Source: Chrysomallon squamiferum (Eukaryota > Animalia > Mollusca). Taken from it: a stretch of DNA of 64,000 nucleotides. The notes under the pieces are model-generated. The model worked only from the letters and a program-made list of their open reading frames with translations, was not told the DNA's origin and made no database searches. Both the position numbers and the translations under genes were made by a program. Below, in pieces: positions 51,084 through 64,000 of the stretch. Within the stretch, counting starts at the first letter, position 1. The number at the start of each line of letters is the position of its first letter. The DNA lies in contig CM022667.1 in NCBI GenBank assembly GCA_012295275.1, positions 19,344,001 through 19,408,000 of the forward strand. The letters run 5' to 3'.

Positions 51084-52875
51084 ATGTGATGTTACCTCCT
51101 GGGTCATTTGGTTTCCATGTTGCTATGACAGTGCAGGGGTTGGTGTTTGTGTCACTCTTGATAATATTTCCATTACCCAACACAGTAAACAGAACATCTG
51201 AAATACACACAACACACTGAACACTATAATAAATCCCAGACAGTGATGGCTACTGCAGTTGTTATTAACAACAACAAAATATATTTCAGCACCAACAATT
51301 CAATTATCTTTTATCTTTTTGGATTGAATATGGTGAATTATGTTTACAGGAAAAAAGCCAATTTATAAAGATTATTTTGCTATATTTTTCTAATAATAAT
51401 AATAAACTCAATAGTTCTACTGCTATAACTGTGTCTTCATTGTTTTTGTTTGTTTCAGTAACTTAATTCTAACTGCACATTAAACACACCAAAAAAAAAA
51501 AAAAAATTTAAATCTTAGATATTAAAACAAAAAACAGAATGTGGCATGAGACCGCACTTTCAACAACAGCATATGCAGCATCAACGAGTCCTCCAGTGTC
51601 TGCTGGGTTCAACAGCAACGTTGTGATAACGTCACCAGCAGGTGGTGACACAATGCGGATGCTGGAATCTCTGCACATCACCACAGCCCTCAGTGGCATT
51701 AAAGGGTGGGCTGTCATTTTAATAGTGTTCACTCGGTAACTGCAAAAAAATCTGAATTACTACACTCATCTGTTTAAAACCAACCATCAGAAAATAAAGT
51801 GAAAATAACAAGTAGAAATTTATTAAATACTTTTTAATTTAAACTGTTGTAAGCTTGATTGTTCAAATAACTTTAGTTGGCTTAATCCAAGATTTTTCTT
51901 TTCAAGAATGAAAATATATCATCTCTTAAATAATACTTCTGAATCTGCATTTGAAAAAAACAACAAAAGTTTTTATTATCTCAAAGCTGGTTTATCAAAA
52001 AATGCCAATGGAAAAATGCATGTTAAAATTATCTTGTGTATTAATAACAGAATCATACGAAATGATCTCGGTCTTCTCTTCAAAATGCATTACAAAAAAC
52101 TAAAAAAACTAAAAAAATAACTATATGATCAAAATCTAATAAACATTAGTATTAATATTAAATCAGAATTATTAGATTTTTAACAAACAAAATCTATAGA
52201 TAAACAACACATGAAAATTAAATAAGTAAATATATAAATTAACAAATAAAAATATTACATAAATAAATAAGCAAACAAATCTCACCCAATGGCTGTGTGT
52301 ATGTGATAGAGATGTTTCATTTTCCACAAATTCATCTTTCTCCCATAGTATGTGTAAAAATTGTCAAGTTTGATCATAGAACCAAGTCCAACTACTGGAT
52401 GTGGAATTGTCACACTGCAAAGAAAAATAAATAAATAAATAAATAAATAAATAAACAAATAAATAATGATAAAGAAAAATAAACATTAAAAAATATAAGT
52501 GAATAATGACCAAAAATAATAAACAGTTAAATAAATAAATAATGAAAATTAAAAAAAATGTTAAATATAAACTGCCTAACTTACTAACTAACTGACTAAC
52601 TAACAAAGTAAATAAACAAATAAATGAATAAAATAATAAAACAATGAAAAAAAAATAAATAAATAAATAAATAAAAAATAAAAAATAAATAAATAAAATA
52701 ATGAAAAATAAATAAATAAAAAATAAATAAAAAAATAAATAAATAAATAAATAAATAAAATAATAAAAAAATAAAATAATAAATAAATAAATAAATAAAT
52801 AAAATAATAAATAAATAAATAAATGAAATAATGAAAAATAAATAAATAAATAAATAAATAAATAAAATAAAATAA

Positions 52876-52915
<40 letters not shown>

Positions 52916-53468
52916 GAAAATAAAATAAATAAATAAATAATAAATAAATAAACAAAAGTTATATAAAACATGTAGGAGAGACCTGTCCACCACATCACAG
53001 GTTTCCATGTTCCACACTCGGATGGTTCCGTCTTCACTTGCAGACATGATGGAGGGGCCCTGTGGGTACACGTTGAGAGCGTGCACCGTTTTACTGTGAC
53101 CCACAAACACCATCTTCACATGCCAGGACATGTCCCACACCTTGACTGAAACACAAACACAAATTACATGCAATCTGCAAAATCTCCACATATTTAATGT
53201 TTTTAACTCGTTCAGGACAGATTAGGCAGACAGTTCAAGATCCACAGTTTTTACAAAAGTAAACTTGTGAACCTGGTATTGTAATGAATTTAAAGTTTTT
53301 ACAAAAGTAAACTTGTGAACCTGGTATTGTAATGAATTTAAAGTTTTTAGAAAAGCAGGCTGCTATGCTATGTGCAGGTACATATGTGCAAATGTCTGTG
53401 ACTGTGTGTATTTCTCTGTGTATGTGTGTGAGCATGTGTGTGTGTGTGTATTTCTGTGTGTGTGTGTT

Positions 53469-53551
<83 letters not shown>

Positions 53552-53606
53552 AAATGTCTGTGACTGTGTATTTCTCTGTGTGCGTGTATGTGTTTGAGTA
53601 TGTGTG

Positions 53607-53702
<96 letters not shown>

Positions 53703-53734
53703 TTCTGTGTGTGTGTGTGTGTGTATGTATATTT

Positions 53735-53769
<35 letters not shown>

Positions 53770-56165
53770 CACTTGTTCCATCAACAGATCCAGAGATGAG
53801 CTGTTTGAGAGGATTAAAAAACATGATTGCTGTGATTGCTCTGACATGCAAATCCTTTTTGTGCTCCAGCATTTTACCCTCATGTACATTAAACACCTGT
53901 TATTAGAAAAATTACAAAAACATTACCCTGCATACTTATAATACACAATAATACTTCTATTAATAACAGAAATAATTTAATAATTTTCAGAAACATTCTA
54001 AATCATGTAATGTTTTATAAAAATTGTAATATTCAGAATAAACGGAAGGAGTTTTGTAAAGGAATTCAGAAATATATCTTAAATTTTAAAAAAATAATTT
54101 TAAAATATTAATGTGAAATAAAAACAACAAAATACAAATATTTTGCAAATAATTTAAATCCTTACATTCCAACAAATTTTATAATAATTCAACTTTATTT
54201 TCAGTAATTGATTTATTATTTACATATATTCAGTAATTAATTTATTATTTACATATATTCAGCAATTAATTTATTTTTTACTTATGTTCAGTAATTAACT
54301 TATTATTTACATATATTCAGTAATTAATTTATTATTTACATCACATCTTTACCAAAATCTATAATACACATGAAAACCTGTAGCACTTCTTTTATTATAA
54401 TAACCATAAAAAAAAAAGATGCAAGTAAATAACATATAATAAAGTACACTCACCACTACACCTCTGTCATAACCATAAAATATTCTTTGTTTCCGACTTG
54501 CTGTGTCTTCCAGTGCAAGCATTGTGAACATTTCATCAACTCCAAACTCTGTGTTCACTGTAAGTCGTGGTATGTGGTATCAAAACACTACAAAGAGCAC
54601 CATATCTTATATCTTACAAGCACTACAAAGAGTTTTATTATAACTTTGTATTAGTGTTATATCTTACAACCCAGCACTACAAAGAGTTTATTATAACTTT
54701 GTATTAGTGTTATATCTTACAACCCAACACTACAAAGAGTTTTATTATAACTTTGTATTAGTGTTATATCTTACAACCCAACACTACAAAGAGTTTTATT
54801 ATAACTTTGTATTAGTGTTATATCTTACAACCCAACACTACAAAGTTTTATTATAACTTTATATTAGTGTTATTAATACCATATCTCACAACCCAACACT
54901 ACAAAGAGTTTTATTATAACTTTGCATTAGTGTTATATCTTACAACCCAACACTACAAAGAGTTTATTATAACTTTGCATTAGTGTTATATCTTACAACC
55001 CAACACTACAAAGAGTTTATTATAACTTTGTATTAGTGTTATATCTCACAACCCAACACTACAAAGTAGTTTATTATAACTTTATATTAGTGTTATATCT
55101 CACAACCCAACACACCATATTTAAATCAGTGTTATATCCAACAACCCAACACTACAAAGTTTTATTATAACTTTATATCAGTGTTATATCTCACAACCCA
55201 ACACTACAAAGTTTTATTATAACTTTATATTAGTGTTTATCTCACAACCCAAATACAAAGAGTTTATTATCTTTCACAGTGTTATATCTCACAAACAACT
55301 ATAAAGAGTTTTATTATAACTTTATATTAGTGTTATATCATATCACAACCCCAGCACTGTAATACAAAGTATTTTATTATAAATATTAGTTTTTATTATA
55401 ACTTTACAAAGTGTTTTATTATAACTTTATATTAGTGTTACCATATCTCACAACCCAACACTATAATACAAAGTGTTTTATTATAACTTTATATTAGTGA
55501 ACATATATATATATATCCACTGAAGATTTTCATTATTGATGTTATATATGTACAGTAAAATAAAACCCAGTTCAGATTGAAATATAATTTACCACAAGCT
55601 ATAACTGAGTATTGCATAATTCCTAATTAAGAATACTAATTAATGTAAGTAACGTGGAACAAAATATAAGTTGTATTTAAATGTATATTAAAATACTAAT
55701 TAATAAAATGAACCTGAAAGAAATTGGGGCCAAGAGTGATGAGCTCTCCATTGTTCCTGTTCATGGTTGCCAAGTAAATTGCATCAGGTGCCTTCGCTTG
55801 TGAAATTATTTCAAAATCAGTTGTTAACAGCTACAGAATGAAAACAAAATTATCATTAAAAAACGTACATGCCAGTTAAGCATTTTTTATTTAAATTTGT
55901 ATATCCATCTGTTTATCTGTATGTCTGTCAATCTTTTAATTTATAAAATATATACAAACCTTTATTATAATTTTAATAATCTTAACAGCTGCTTGGTTAT
56001 ATTTTTGAAAAGAACAAACAACAATGAATGATTAAATTATTTCTTTAAATGTTTATTTTCAATCAGTTTAATATTGATGAATTTCTTATATAGATATATG
56101 TTATTTTTAAAAATATAATGTAAATTTATTGTCATTAATATTACTACCATTTTAGTTATATTGCA

Positions 56166-56216
<51 letters not shown>

Positions 56217-57191
56217 TGTTACAAATATTTAGTATCTACATTAAGATACAGTTATAGCTGCCTACATAGAGAAACTCCTTCCTGTCAAGCCAGCAAATGA
56301 ACTGGTTTGTTCTGGAAGAAAATACTGCTCGGTCCATGGGTTCTTCGGTTGTAATCACAGCTTTCTTTTGACCATCCTCTGCAAACAGTCGGAAGTGTCT
56401 GCCATCACTTGTTAAATATTGCTGCAAAGAATTTATAATTTATTATCAGCTTCATAATTCATAAAATTTAAATACGTTTTGTTATAATACTTGTGTACTA
56501 CGTCAGCAAATAACAACAAAATATATTTTAAAAAAGATTTAAGCATATAATTTTATATCTATATAAAATTCTTTTTAATCCAGGTTCTAATAACAAGATG
56601 TTTATTTTAATTTATTTATATTCCATAATTCCTGCATCCGTCAATTAACATATAAATTCAAAATATTTATTAGTATCTTTTTATTCATTCTAGATGCATA
56701 TCTACTGGCTACTTTTCTGTATCCACACAAACACACACACACACACACACACACAGACAGACACAAATACAGACATACACATATGCAGTTTATCCATATT
56801 TATAATTTGCAAATATGTAAAAAAAATAACAATAGCATTTTTATTATAGAAAAGATTCATCCCTTTTCTCATTTTTGGATCTTATTTCTTTACATACCTT
56901 TGTGGCTTCAATAAAGATAACTTGTTCTATTATGTTTTTATGTGTAACCTCCCTTTCATGATGAATGCCATGAACAACAACTATGTCTTTGAAATCAGAT
57001 GAGGAAATAGCCTCTATTGTGTTACTGATGCAGTTTCTCAGTAAAGACCAGTGATACCGCGCCCTCCGTCTGATTTGTTCTTTTTGTCGCTGGACAAGAA
57101 TGACCAGCTGTGCAAGGTCATCTGGATCTTCAATATCTTCATCTGGTGGACACACTCGTCTGACCAGCTCATAAAGATGTTTAATTGTCAT
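30130..57191 (-). CDS. WDR97: WD repeat-containing protein 97 orthologue (~29 coding exons, two apparently damaged)
   Basis: Exons 57191-56898, 56421-56266, 55830-55714, ~54587-54454 (5' end damaged), 53896-53773, 53145-52983, 52414-52286, 51739-51558, 51197-51096, 48105-47882, 47545-47473, ~46816-46700 (damaged), 46116-46075, 45176-45038, 44771-44665, 42899-42752, 42067-41992, 41475-41323, 41087-41009, 39908-39655, 38401-38048, 36562-36323, 35936-35620, 35365-35216, 34782-34680, 34295-34223, 33329-33131, 30910-30834, 30359-30130(stop). Motifs KVWDMSWHVKMVFVGH, DHEPQDDHTDSLTG..CPRMKLFATSSLDGTIRIW and GFFPP...SGFIPNS match WDR97 as I recall it. Confidence 0.85.
31790..33145. repeat. ~50-bp minisatellite (~27 copies) built from a WDR97 exon/donor junction
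   Basis: Unit GTACGTACTGTGGAGGTTTAGGAAG(TA)nT(n)AAATCACAT, contiguous with the exon end at 33131. Confidence 0.95.
33400..34190. repeat. Degenerate ~50-bp intronic tandem repeat
   Basis: Recurrent TATTAACAATCTATTACTGAATCTACTCAAGGTACTATTCAATG motifs. Confidence 0.7.
40250..40870. repeat. Degenerate ~21-bp intronic tandem repeat
   Basis: Recurrent TACTTGATCAGTGCTTGACTA. Confidence 0.8.
43060..44664. repeat. 37-bp minisatellite (~34 homogeneous copies from ~43390 plus older degenerate copies) starting at a WDR97 donor site
   Basis: Unit GTGTTTACAGTTTGAGTATAGTTAAAGAAGTAATTCA. Confidence 0.96.
46400..46720. repeat. Degenerate short-unit tandem repeat abutting the damaged WDR97 exon
   Basis: Recurrent CACTGTCCAGTAACATAAATTAGA. 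Confidence 0.75.
47060..47440. repeat. Degenerate ~30-bp AT-rich tandem repeat
   Basis: Recurrent AATATAAATGTTTACAAATAC. Confidence 0.75.
48180..48480. repeat. Degenerate ~44-bp tandem repeat
   Basis: Recurrent GTTGAGCAACTACAGTTAAATTTTCTAGACTGA. Confidence 0.75.
49620..50210. repeat. Degenerate ~80-bp tandem repeat
   Basis: Recurrent GAATGAATATTATGTACATAC...TACAATGTGCTACATAATAACAGCATAC. Confidence 0.65.
54587..55500. repeat. ~54-bp minisatellite (~16 copies) built from a WDR97 acceptor/exon junction
   Basis: Unit CACTACAAAGAGTTTTATTATAACTTTGTATTAGTGTTATATCTTACAACCCAA. Confidence 0.93.
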
Positions 57192-57323
57192 TGTGCTTTA
57201 CAGTCTCACAACAAACTAGATTTTATTTATACCTGAAAAGTAATGTATCCAGTATAAATAAGTTGTGTACAAGTTCAAAAATAATATTAACAACAACAAT
57301 AAATATTATTATTATTATTTTTA

Positions 57324-57403
<80 letters not shown>

Positions 57404-57757
57404 TGTTTTCAACAATTTAAACTGTTGAGTAAATCACATATTTAACAAGTGACTGCATCAGTAAATTTGAAAACAAATAAGCAGTTACTTTATTTTGAAA
57501 GACAGAGAAACTGAAATAAAATTAAAAAAATAATAATAAACTAAAGTCAGTCGGTAAAATGGCATTTTAGGCAACAAAAGTATGCAATTTGACACTGAAC
57601 GGATGGTGGTTTTAAGTAACAGTTTGTAGTTTATCCTAAATAATCACGAATTAAATCAATATCTTGATAGTGTCCAAGAACCACTGTATGTATGTATGTA
57701 TGTATGTACGTACGTACGTACGTACATACATACATACAGACACACACACAGACACAT

Positions 57758-57807
<50 letters not shown>

Positions 57808-58087
57808 TAACTGAAACCAAACAATGTCTTTAACTACTTAACTTCTGAAGATTTGTGTTAAATAAATGAATTAGTATATTCTCAGGATACGAACCACAAA
57901 CCTTGTTTACCGAATGATTCGACTTCGGGTGCACAACGGTAATAACCTAAACATGTATTAGTTTATAAATATAATTTAATTTTTTTTTAATGTGAAACCT
58001 AGAAAAAATAAATTGTTAACAAAGATGTTATTTAATACTGCTTCCGTTTTACTAACTATTTCAATATAACAAGGACACTGTACTTAC

Positions 58088-58175
58088 ATACAACAATCCA
58101 AAATTACCTAGTTTATAAACGATTGTTATTCCGCCATTTTGTCATTGCCATGGATTTCGTTGCAAACGAAATCGT
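58088..58175 (-). promoter_or_regulatory. Candidate WDR97 promoter and non-coding first exon
   Basis: YY1-like AAAATGGCGG, an imperfect X-box-like TTGCCATGGAT, and downstream GTAATT/GTAAGT donors. A strong acceptor lies at 57233, just before the ATG exon. Confidence 0.45.
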
Positions 58176-59733
58176 GCATTATGATTAATAAAACTAACAA
58201 ATAATTTATAAAAACTGTTCAGAACATTAAAGAATTAATATAAGCTGAACATTTTAAAATAATTTAACACGAAATAGCTAAATTAACAAAATTAAAAATA
58301 CTCAAATACGTCGGGAATATCCGGATTCTAACGAAATAGTCCGAATGTCACATTTATCTATTTATATATCTATATATATTAATTTTAAATTCTTCATTCT
58401 TTAATTTTTTTTCCCCTTTATCTAGGCCTACCAAATTAATGAAACAAATGTGTGTATATATACATGATAAAATAAGTTAATTTGTTATTTTATGTAACTG
58501 ATTATCTTTTGATAACATTTATACGTGGTGTGGGCGTAGATATATAATAATAAAATTAAAATACAAATCATTACAGAAAAAATAGTTATTTCAAATTATT
58601 TTTGACTTGCAATGAATAATACGGGACATAAAATTGTTAAAAGCATAATCTGTTCGTTTTTGTTTATAACCGTCTGCATTTTCTAAATAAATATTATTAG
58701 ATTTATTAAGTAAAGACAATTATTTATATTATTATTCTTTAAACATGATTATTTCCATTAAAAAAAAAAAAAAAAAAACCCAAAACAAAACAAACAAGAA
58801 ACACATGTACATGCTTTGCCAACAAAATTTAATTTTATTATTGACATTAAGTTTTGTTGTTATTTTAATCTTCAGAAATACACATATTTTGTACAAAACC
58901 AGCAGGTGTCAGATTAGCGAACTCAGTTTGGTACTGTATTATACAGAACAAATTTTGCTGTGCTGTGTGATTCAAAGTACACTGGCCTAACTGGATATTT
59001 TGAATTCTGAACTTACCCATAGTTAAACAAATAAAAATATTTTCTCTTTTTTTTAAATGTTAAAAATCAACTCTTCAAACAGGCCTCAGATATTCCCAAG
59101 AAAATCATTCAAGAATATTTTACACACATTCCTCACCTATACACCATATGTTAAAATGGTTATAATAAAGTCACAGTAAATTAAATCCACTACAACTTTA
59201 CAGGTTCTAGTTTGTGTTGGTTCTTTGTTACAGTAACTTAGTACTTTTAAGATACTGTCATTTTAGAACCTGATTTAGTGTGTGTGCCAGGAAAACTGTC
59301 ATGGAAGACTTGGTCATGACAGACGAAGAGACACAGGTTGTGGTGACAAAATGTGCATAAATTCTTTTTTCATAGTTTGTTTTTAAAATCATCACTGACC
59401 AGTTTGTGAGAGATATACAAATGCATTTGTTTTAAATGTTATGACAGGCAGGTTGTTGTTTTATTTTCCTTTTTATTACTGGAACCCAAAGCTTTAAGTA
59501 TAAAACTAAGCTTAATAATATAGTGTTGACTACCTGTGAACAAAAATAAGCACTCATTACAGATTAAGCAAACATCCAATGTGCAAATGCTATACCATTA
59601 AATAAATATTTTACCTTCTTAGATGAAAAAGAAATAAATAAAATAATTAATAAACATACTTAAAAAAAAAAAAATTTAACTAGTGCTTTGATATGCCAGG
59701 TAAATGAAACATTGTTACTTCAAGAATAAAGCA

Positions 59734-59768
<35 letters not shown>

Positions 59769-61820
59769 TTTAGTTTGGAATAGTTACAACTGAACAAAAT
59801 ATGAAGACTGATTTTAAACTGAATCAAAATTTAAATTCAAAACTCATTTTAGGTCTCAGTTTAGAAAGTGTTATCAAACAAACTGCAGACTCAGTCCTGC
59901 TACTGGAAACTAACTGATTTACAAAAGTCTGTTAGATCTGTAACTACAACAGGTAAATTATGTCTGGAATCTACCTGTTCATAAAAGAATGTACAGACCG
60001 ATTTTTTGTGTGTGTATGTCAAACTGTCAGACACGACTTAAATCTGACAGCATCATTACACACACACTGAGAGACCAGCAGACAGAACCAAGTCTTTGTG
60101 CAGTTTATCAAACCTTTTACCTCATCATCACAGACCTAATTATTACTTTTTTTAAATCAAAAACAAAGAAATTCAGAAAAGTGAACAAAACTAAAATACA
60201 ATGAAATCTGTGAAAGTAAGAGGTTCAGATCTTAAATGAACTATATATATAATTTTATTTTACTTCCCTAGAGTATAATGAAAATAATGTGTCAATACAG
60301 TTAAAATACATTTGCTAGCCTAATCATCCTTGGAGCTAGAGATGCAACCAGCTTCTTCCAACAATGACCGTTTTATTTAACAGCACATCAGCCATAATAA
60401 ATAGTAGTTATAATGGTGGACTACATGCTAAATAAGAAAAGCCCAGTAGCCCACAAATGAACAGAAACCCCAAACTGGGAAATTACTTCCAAAGATACAC
60501 ACCAGCCATCTAAGCAATGGATAAACATTTGTTATGACTCAAGTAGAGTCTATTGCAGTAACTTACTGATGGATATATTACTCAGTCCTCCATTAGTTAA
60601 GGAAAAATATAAACTAGTAATTTCTCAATTATTTATTTATCCTAATGTGATTCACAGAACATCATGGTATGTGTAATTATGTCTGTGAAACATCTTGTAG
60701 CTGAAAGAAACACATTTTCTTTCCTGACTTAGAAATAACTAATTTTTCTGATTGCAGAAAATCATAAAATATGAGCTAGATTTGCTGATAATAAAAAAAA
60801 AAAAAAAAACAACTTTTAATCATTATAAAACCAAGCACTAATTCAGGTCTCAGGTTGATGTGGTTATCACACAAGACAAAGATTTCATCTTTAAATTCCA
60901 GTCAGATAATAATAATGTTGATTCTGTAAGAGTTCTTCATGAAAGGCTTTAAACATGAAAGAAACAAGAGAATCTGTTTGTGTGAGTGTAAATGAAAACT
61001 GTGCAAGTAAACTTAAACTAGACAGTTACATGTTTACACACTGGAAAAAGAAATTGAAATCTCAGTCTTATCAAACCTTTTACCTTTTCATCATCGACCA
61101 TAAGTGTTTTGTACTTCTTGATTATTCAAATCTACTGCCAATGGCTTCTGGTTTCCCTTTCATAATAACAGTAAAACAATGCCAGTAATAGTAATAATAA
61201 CAACAACAATTTGTCAGTATGTTTTTAATAAAATAATACATTATTTTACAATATACACAAATATAATTTTCTTCGGCTCATATATAAACATTTAACTGCA
61301 GTTGTTTTTCTTTTAATTTATTAGAAATAGATAAAATTTCAAAATTTTATTTAATCTATTTCATTTATAAAAATTATTTGATTCATTCATCTGGAATTCA
61401 AAATTTCAGATATACATGTTTCACTGGTTTCGAATTTTGTAAACCTGCATGTCACTATGTACAAATTTGCAGAATTTTTTAAAGCAGTTAATAATATATA
61501 TCTGAATTGATAAACATACTCACTCTTTCACATATACCAAAATACTTACCAACTATCATACAATATAAATTGTAATATAAAATATTTTATAATCACTTGA
61601 TTATGCTTTATATCTGCAGTGCATATGTATGTCTTAAAATGGTAATTTACAACAAAAAAAGAAATAAAAATGTAAATTAATAACAGCAAAAAGAAATAAA
61701 AGAAGAAAAGAATGAAAGAAATAATACATAGGAAAGAAAAGAGAAAAGAAGAAAACAATGGAAATCTATAAAACAGAATGGAAAAAATCATCAAAGAAAT
61801 AACAAACAAAAAAGATTCAT

Positions 61821-63590
61821 CTATCTTGAACGTTTTCTGTGAGATGGCAGTGGTTCTGAGCTGAAAAATAAAAATGAAACTGGAAATTAGTTTTTCATTA
61901 AATCATTTATGTACATGAAGTAAACTAAAATGATAAAATAATAAAAATTAATAATGAAATAAACAATAAAAAAAATTAAAAATACTTTTAAATTAAAAGC
62001 CCAAACATGAAATATGGGAATGGTAAAGCTTTATTAAGAGGGTGCTTAAATTCAGTTGTTATTATTATTATTACTGTATTTAAGAACAATAATTATTACA
62101 TATTAATGCACCAGATATAGAAATTTCTAATTAGGAAGCCTCAGACACAAACAAAAAAAACACATGACTTTTGTCTTGCTTTCTGATGAATTTACTTAAA
62201 AATTAACTGATCAACATTTCTTAATTAAAATTTCTTTTCAAAACACATCTGAGGAAGATTCTTACTTAAAGAAATCATCAACTACTCGGTCTCTCTCATT
62301 CTTCTGACTATCAGCCTAAAAACAAGTTTTATTGTAAGATATAATGTAAATTATAAAAATGTTCAATATAATGTAAAATATATTTTATTTTAATATGTAA
62401 GGTCTTAATATAAAATTGTAACAAAAATTGATTTCACACAATATTAAAATATAAAATATTAAACATTAGATATATAAAATGGGGAATGTTAACAATAAAA
62501 TGGATGATATTTTATGCAAAGAATAACCTGTTTTTTAATTTAATATAAAAGTAAATGCATAATATATATTTGAATATGAAATTGAGATAAAAGCTTTCAT
62601 CTCACCTGCAGTTCGTCTTTAAACCAATCATCAAGATCTTTCTGTTGACTACTGCTATGAACCACTAAATCACTTCCTCCGATGATATTTGGCAAACGAT
62701 CTGAACCAACGTGGAAAACCTGAAAGAATTGAGAACATTTTAACAATAACAGCATCATTGTTGTTCTCTAGATCAACACTCATCTGTGCAAAACAGCATG
62801 TTATTTTCTTCTTTTTTTTAAATTCATTGCAAATAAAACTCAGTAATAATGGTGGATAGGATAACTGCAAACTAATCATCAATAGGTATCTTTAAAATAT
62901 TTTTAAAAAAAAACTAAAATAAAAATGTATCATCATAAAACACAAACCTTTTTGAATTTTTTGAAGTTCCTCACCAGTTTACCATTCCATCTGACAAATC
63001 CTGCAGGAACATTTTCGTCAGTTTTCGTGTTGTTTGATTTTTGTATAGGGCGTTTAACAAGATCTACAAACACTGTGACGACAACATTTTGAGGTAAGTC
63101 ATTTTCTTTCTCATACACTTCAGATTTGATGACTTGATACTGTCAGAAAACAATTTAACAGTTAAATTAAAAAAGAAACAAATTTACAATTTTGATAGTT
63201 TTGATTATAATTAAGACTGCAATGGTGTAGTAATAACTGTGCATATTTAATTGTAATAACTTTTTGTGAAATTTAAGTTTTAAAGAATGTTAAAGATCAT
63301 ATCTCTTTTAGTTACAAATATCAAATTTTTCCCAGTAATTCTATGGATAAGAAAAATTGCTGAAGAATTATGTAAAGTTCAAAAAATGTTATTTGTGTTC
63401 TAGATAACAGCAAATAAGATAGGCTATTTTTTTTTCTTTTAAACAGAAAATTTTAAAACATTGAGACATTTATACAGTATATTATCTATCAATATTAAAT
63501 CAATATTCATTTAAATAAATAATTTACCTCAATAGGTTTTCTTGTTGTGAGAAATCCAGGTGGCACCTCATCATTTAAAGGCAGACAACT
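61821..63590 (-). CDS. NBN: Nibrin (NBS1), 3' coding exons; the gene continues beyond the window
   Basis: Exons 63590-63528, 63139-62948, 62719-62606, 62315-62266, 61860-61821(TAG). The spliced product contains RNFKKFKK (Mre11-binding motif), LPNIIGGSDL, LDDWF and VDDFF (ATM-recruiting C-terminal region). Confidence 0.93.
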
Positions 63591-64000
63591 CTAAGTAAAT
63601 AAATACACAACAACAAATTAAGAAAGGTGCAAACAACTGACTAAAAAAGCAAGTAAACTGTTGTCACAGAGATAAAATTAAGATAAAGATATTAATTGTA
63701 TCTACTCCAATCAGATGTATATTTGTAGGTATTTAAATCTCTACATTCTTGTACATACGACAGTACATACCATGTCATCTTAGTGACTGTAACTGTAGAA
63801 AAACAGAAAATTTACAACAAACTACATACATACGTATATACATATATACAAGAACACTGTTTTCAAGAAAATATTTTCATCAGCAGTGATTGCCAAAATT
63901 TAATAATATCAAAAAATATAATTTAATAATAATAATAATTTTATATATATATAAGGTACAAAATTATGTGATACGTTTTTAAAATTGTATAGCTCTCTGA

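Overview
AT-rich, microsatellite-dense, intron-rich eukaryotic DNA. It is most likely an invertebrate, possibly a mollusc, which is inferred from composition only. All genes found lie on the minus strand. From right to left: (1) the last five coding exons of nibrin/NBS1 (NBN); (2) a ~29-exon WDR97 orthologue (57191-30130) with two damaged exons and several intronic minisatellites that are amplified copies of its own splice junctions; (3) a secreted protease gene (24016/19333-4987) made of a signal/pro leader, an unassigned 6-Cys domain, seven TSP1 exons and a trypsin-like S1 domain with an intact catalytic triad; (4) the start of a probable tandem paralog that runs off the left end. The most notable signal is a set of homologous but highly divergent leader exons at 24016-23785, 19333-19114 and 2650-2410, and probably also 85-<1. 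The three complete ones each encode signal peptide + KR site + an ungapped 32-aa W..C..F segment and end in the same phase-1 GTAAGT donor. Two of them sit upstream of a single shared exon 2, which suggests variable first exons spliced onto a constant TSP1-protease body. DNA-transposon remnants (hAT, a Buster-type MITE, a Tigger-like MITE) are also present. Exon boundaries were read by hand and copy numbers are approximate. No database searches were run.
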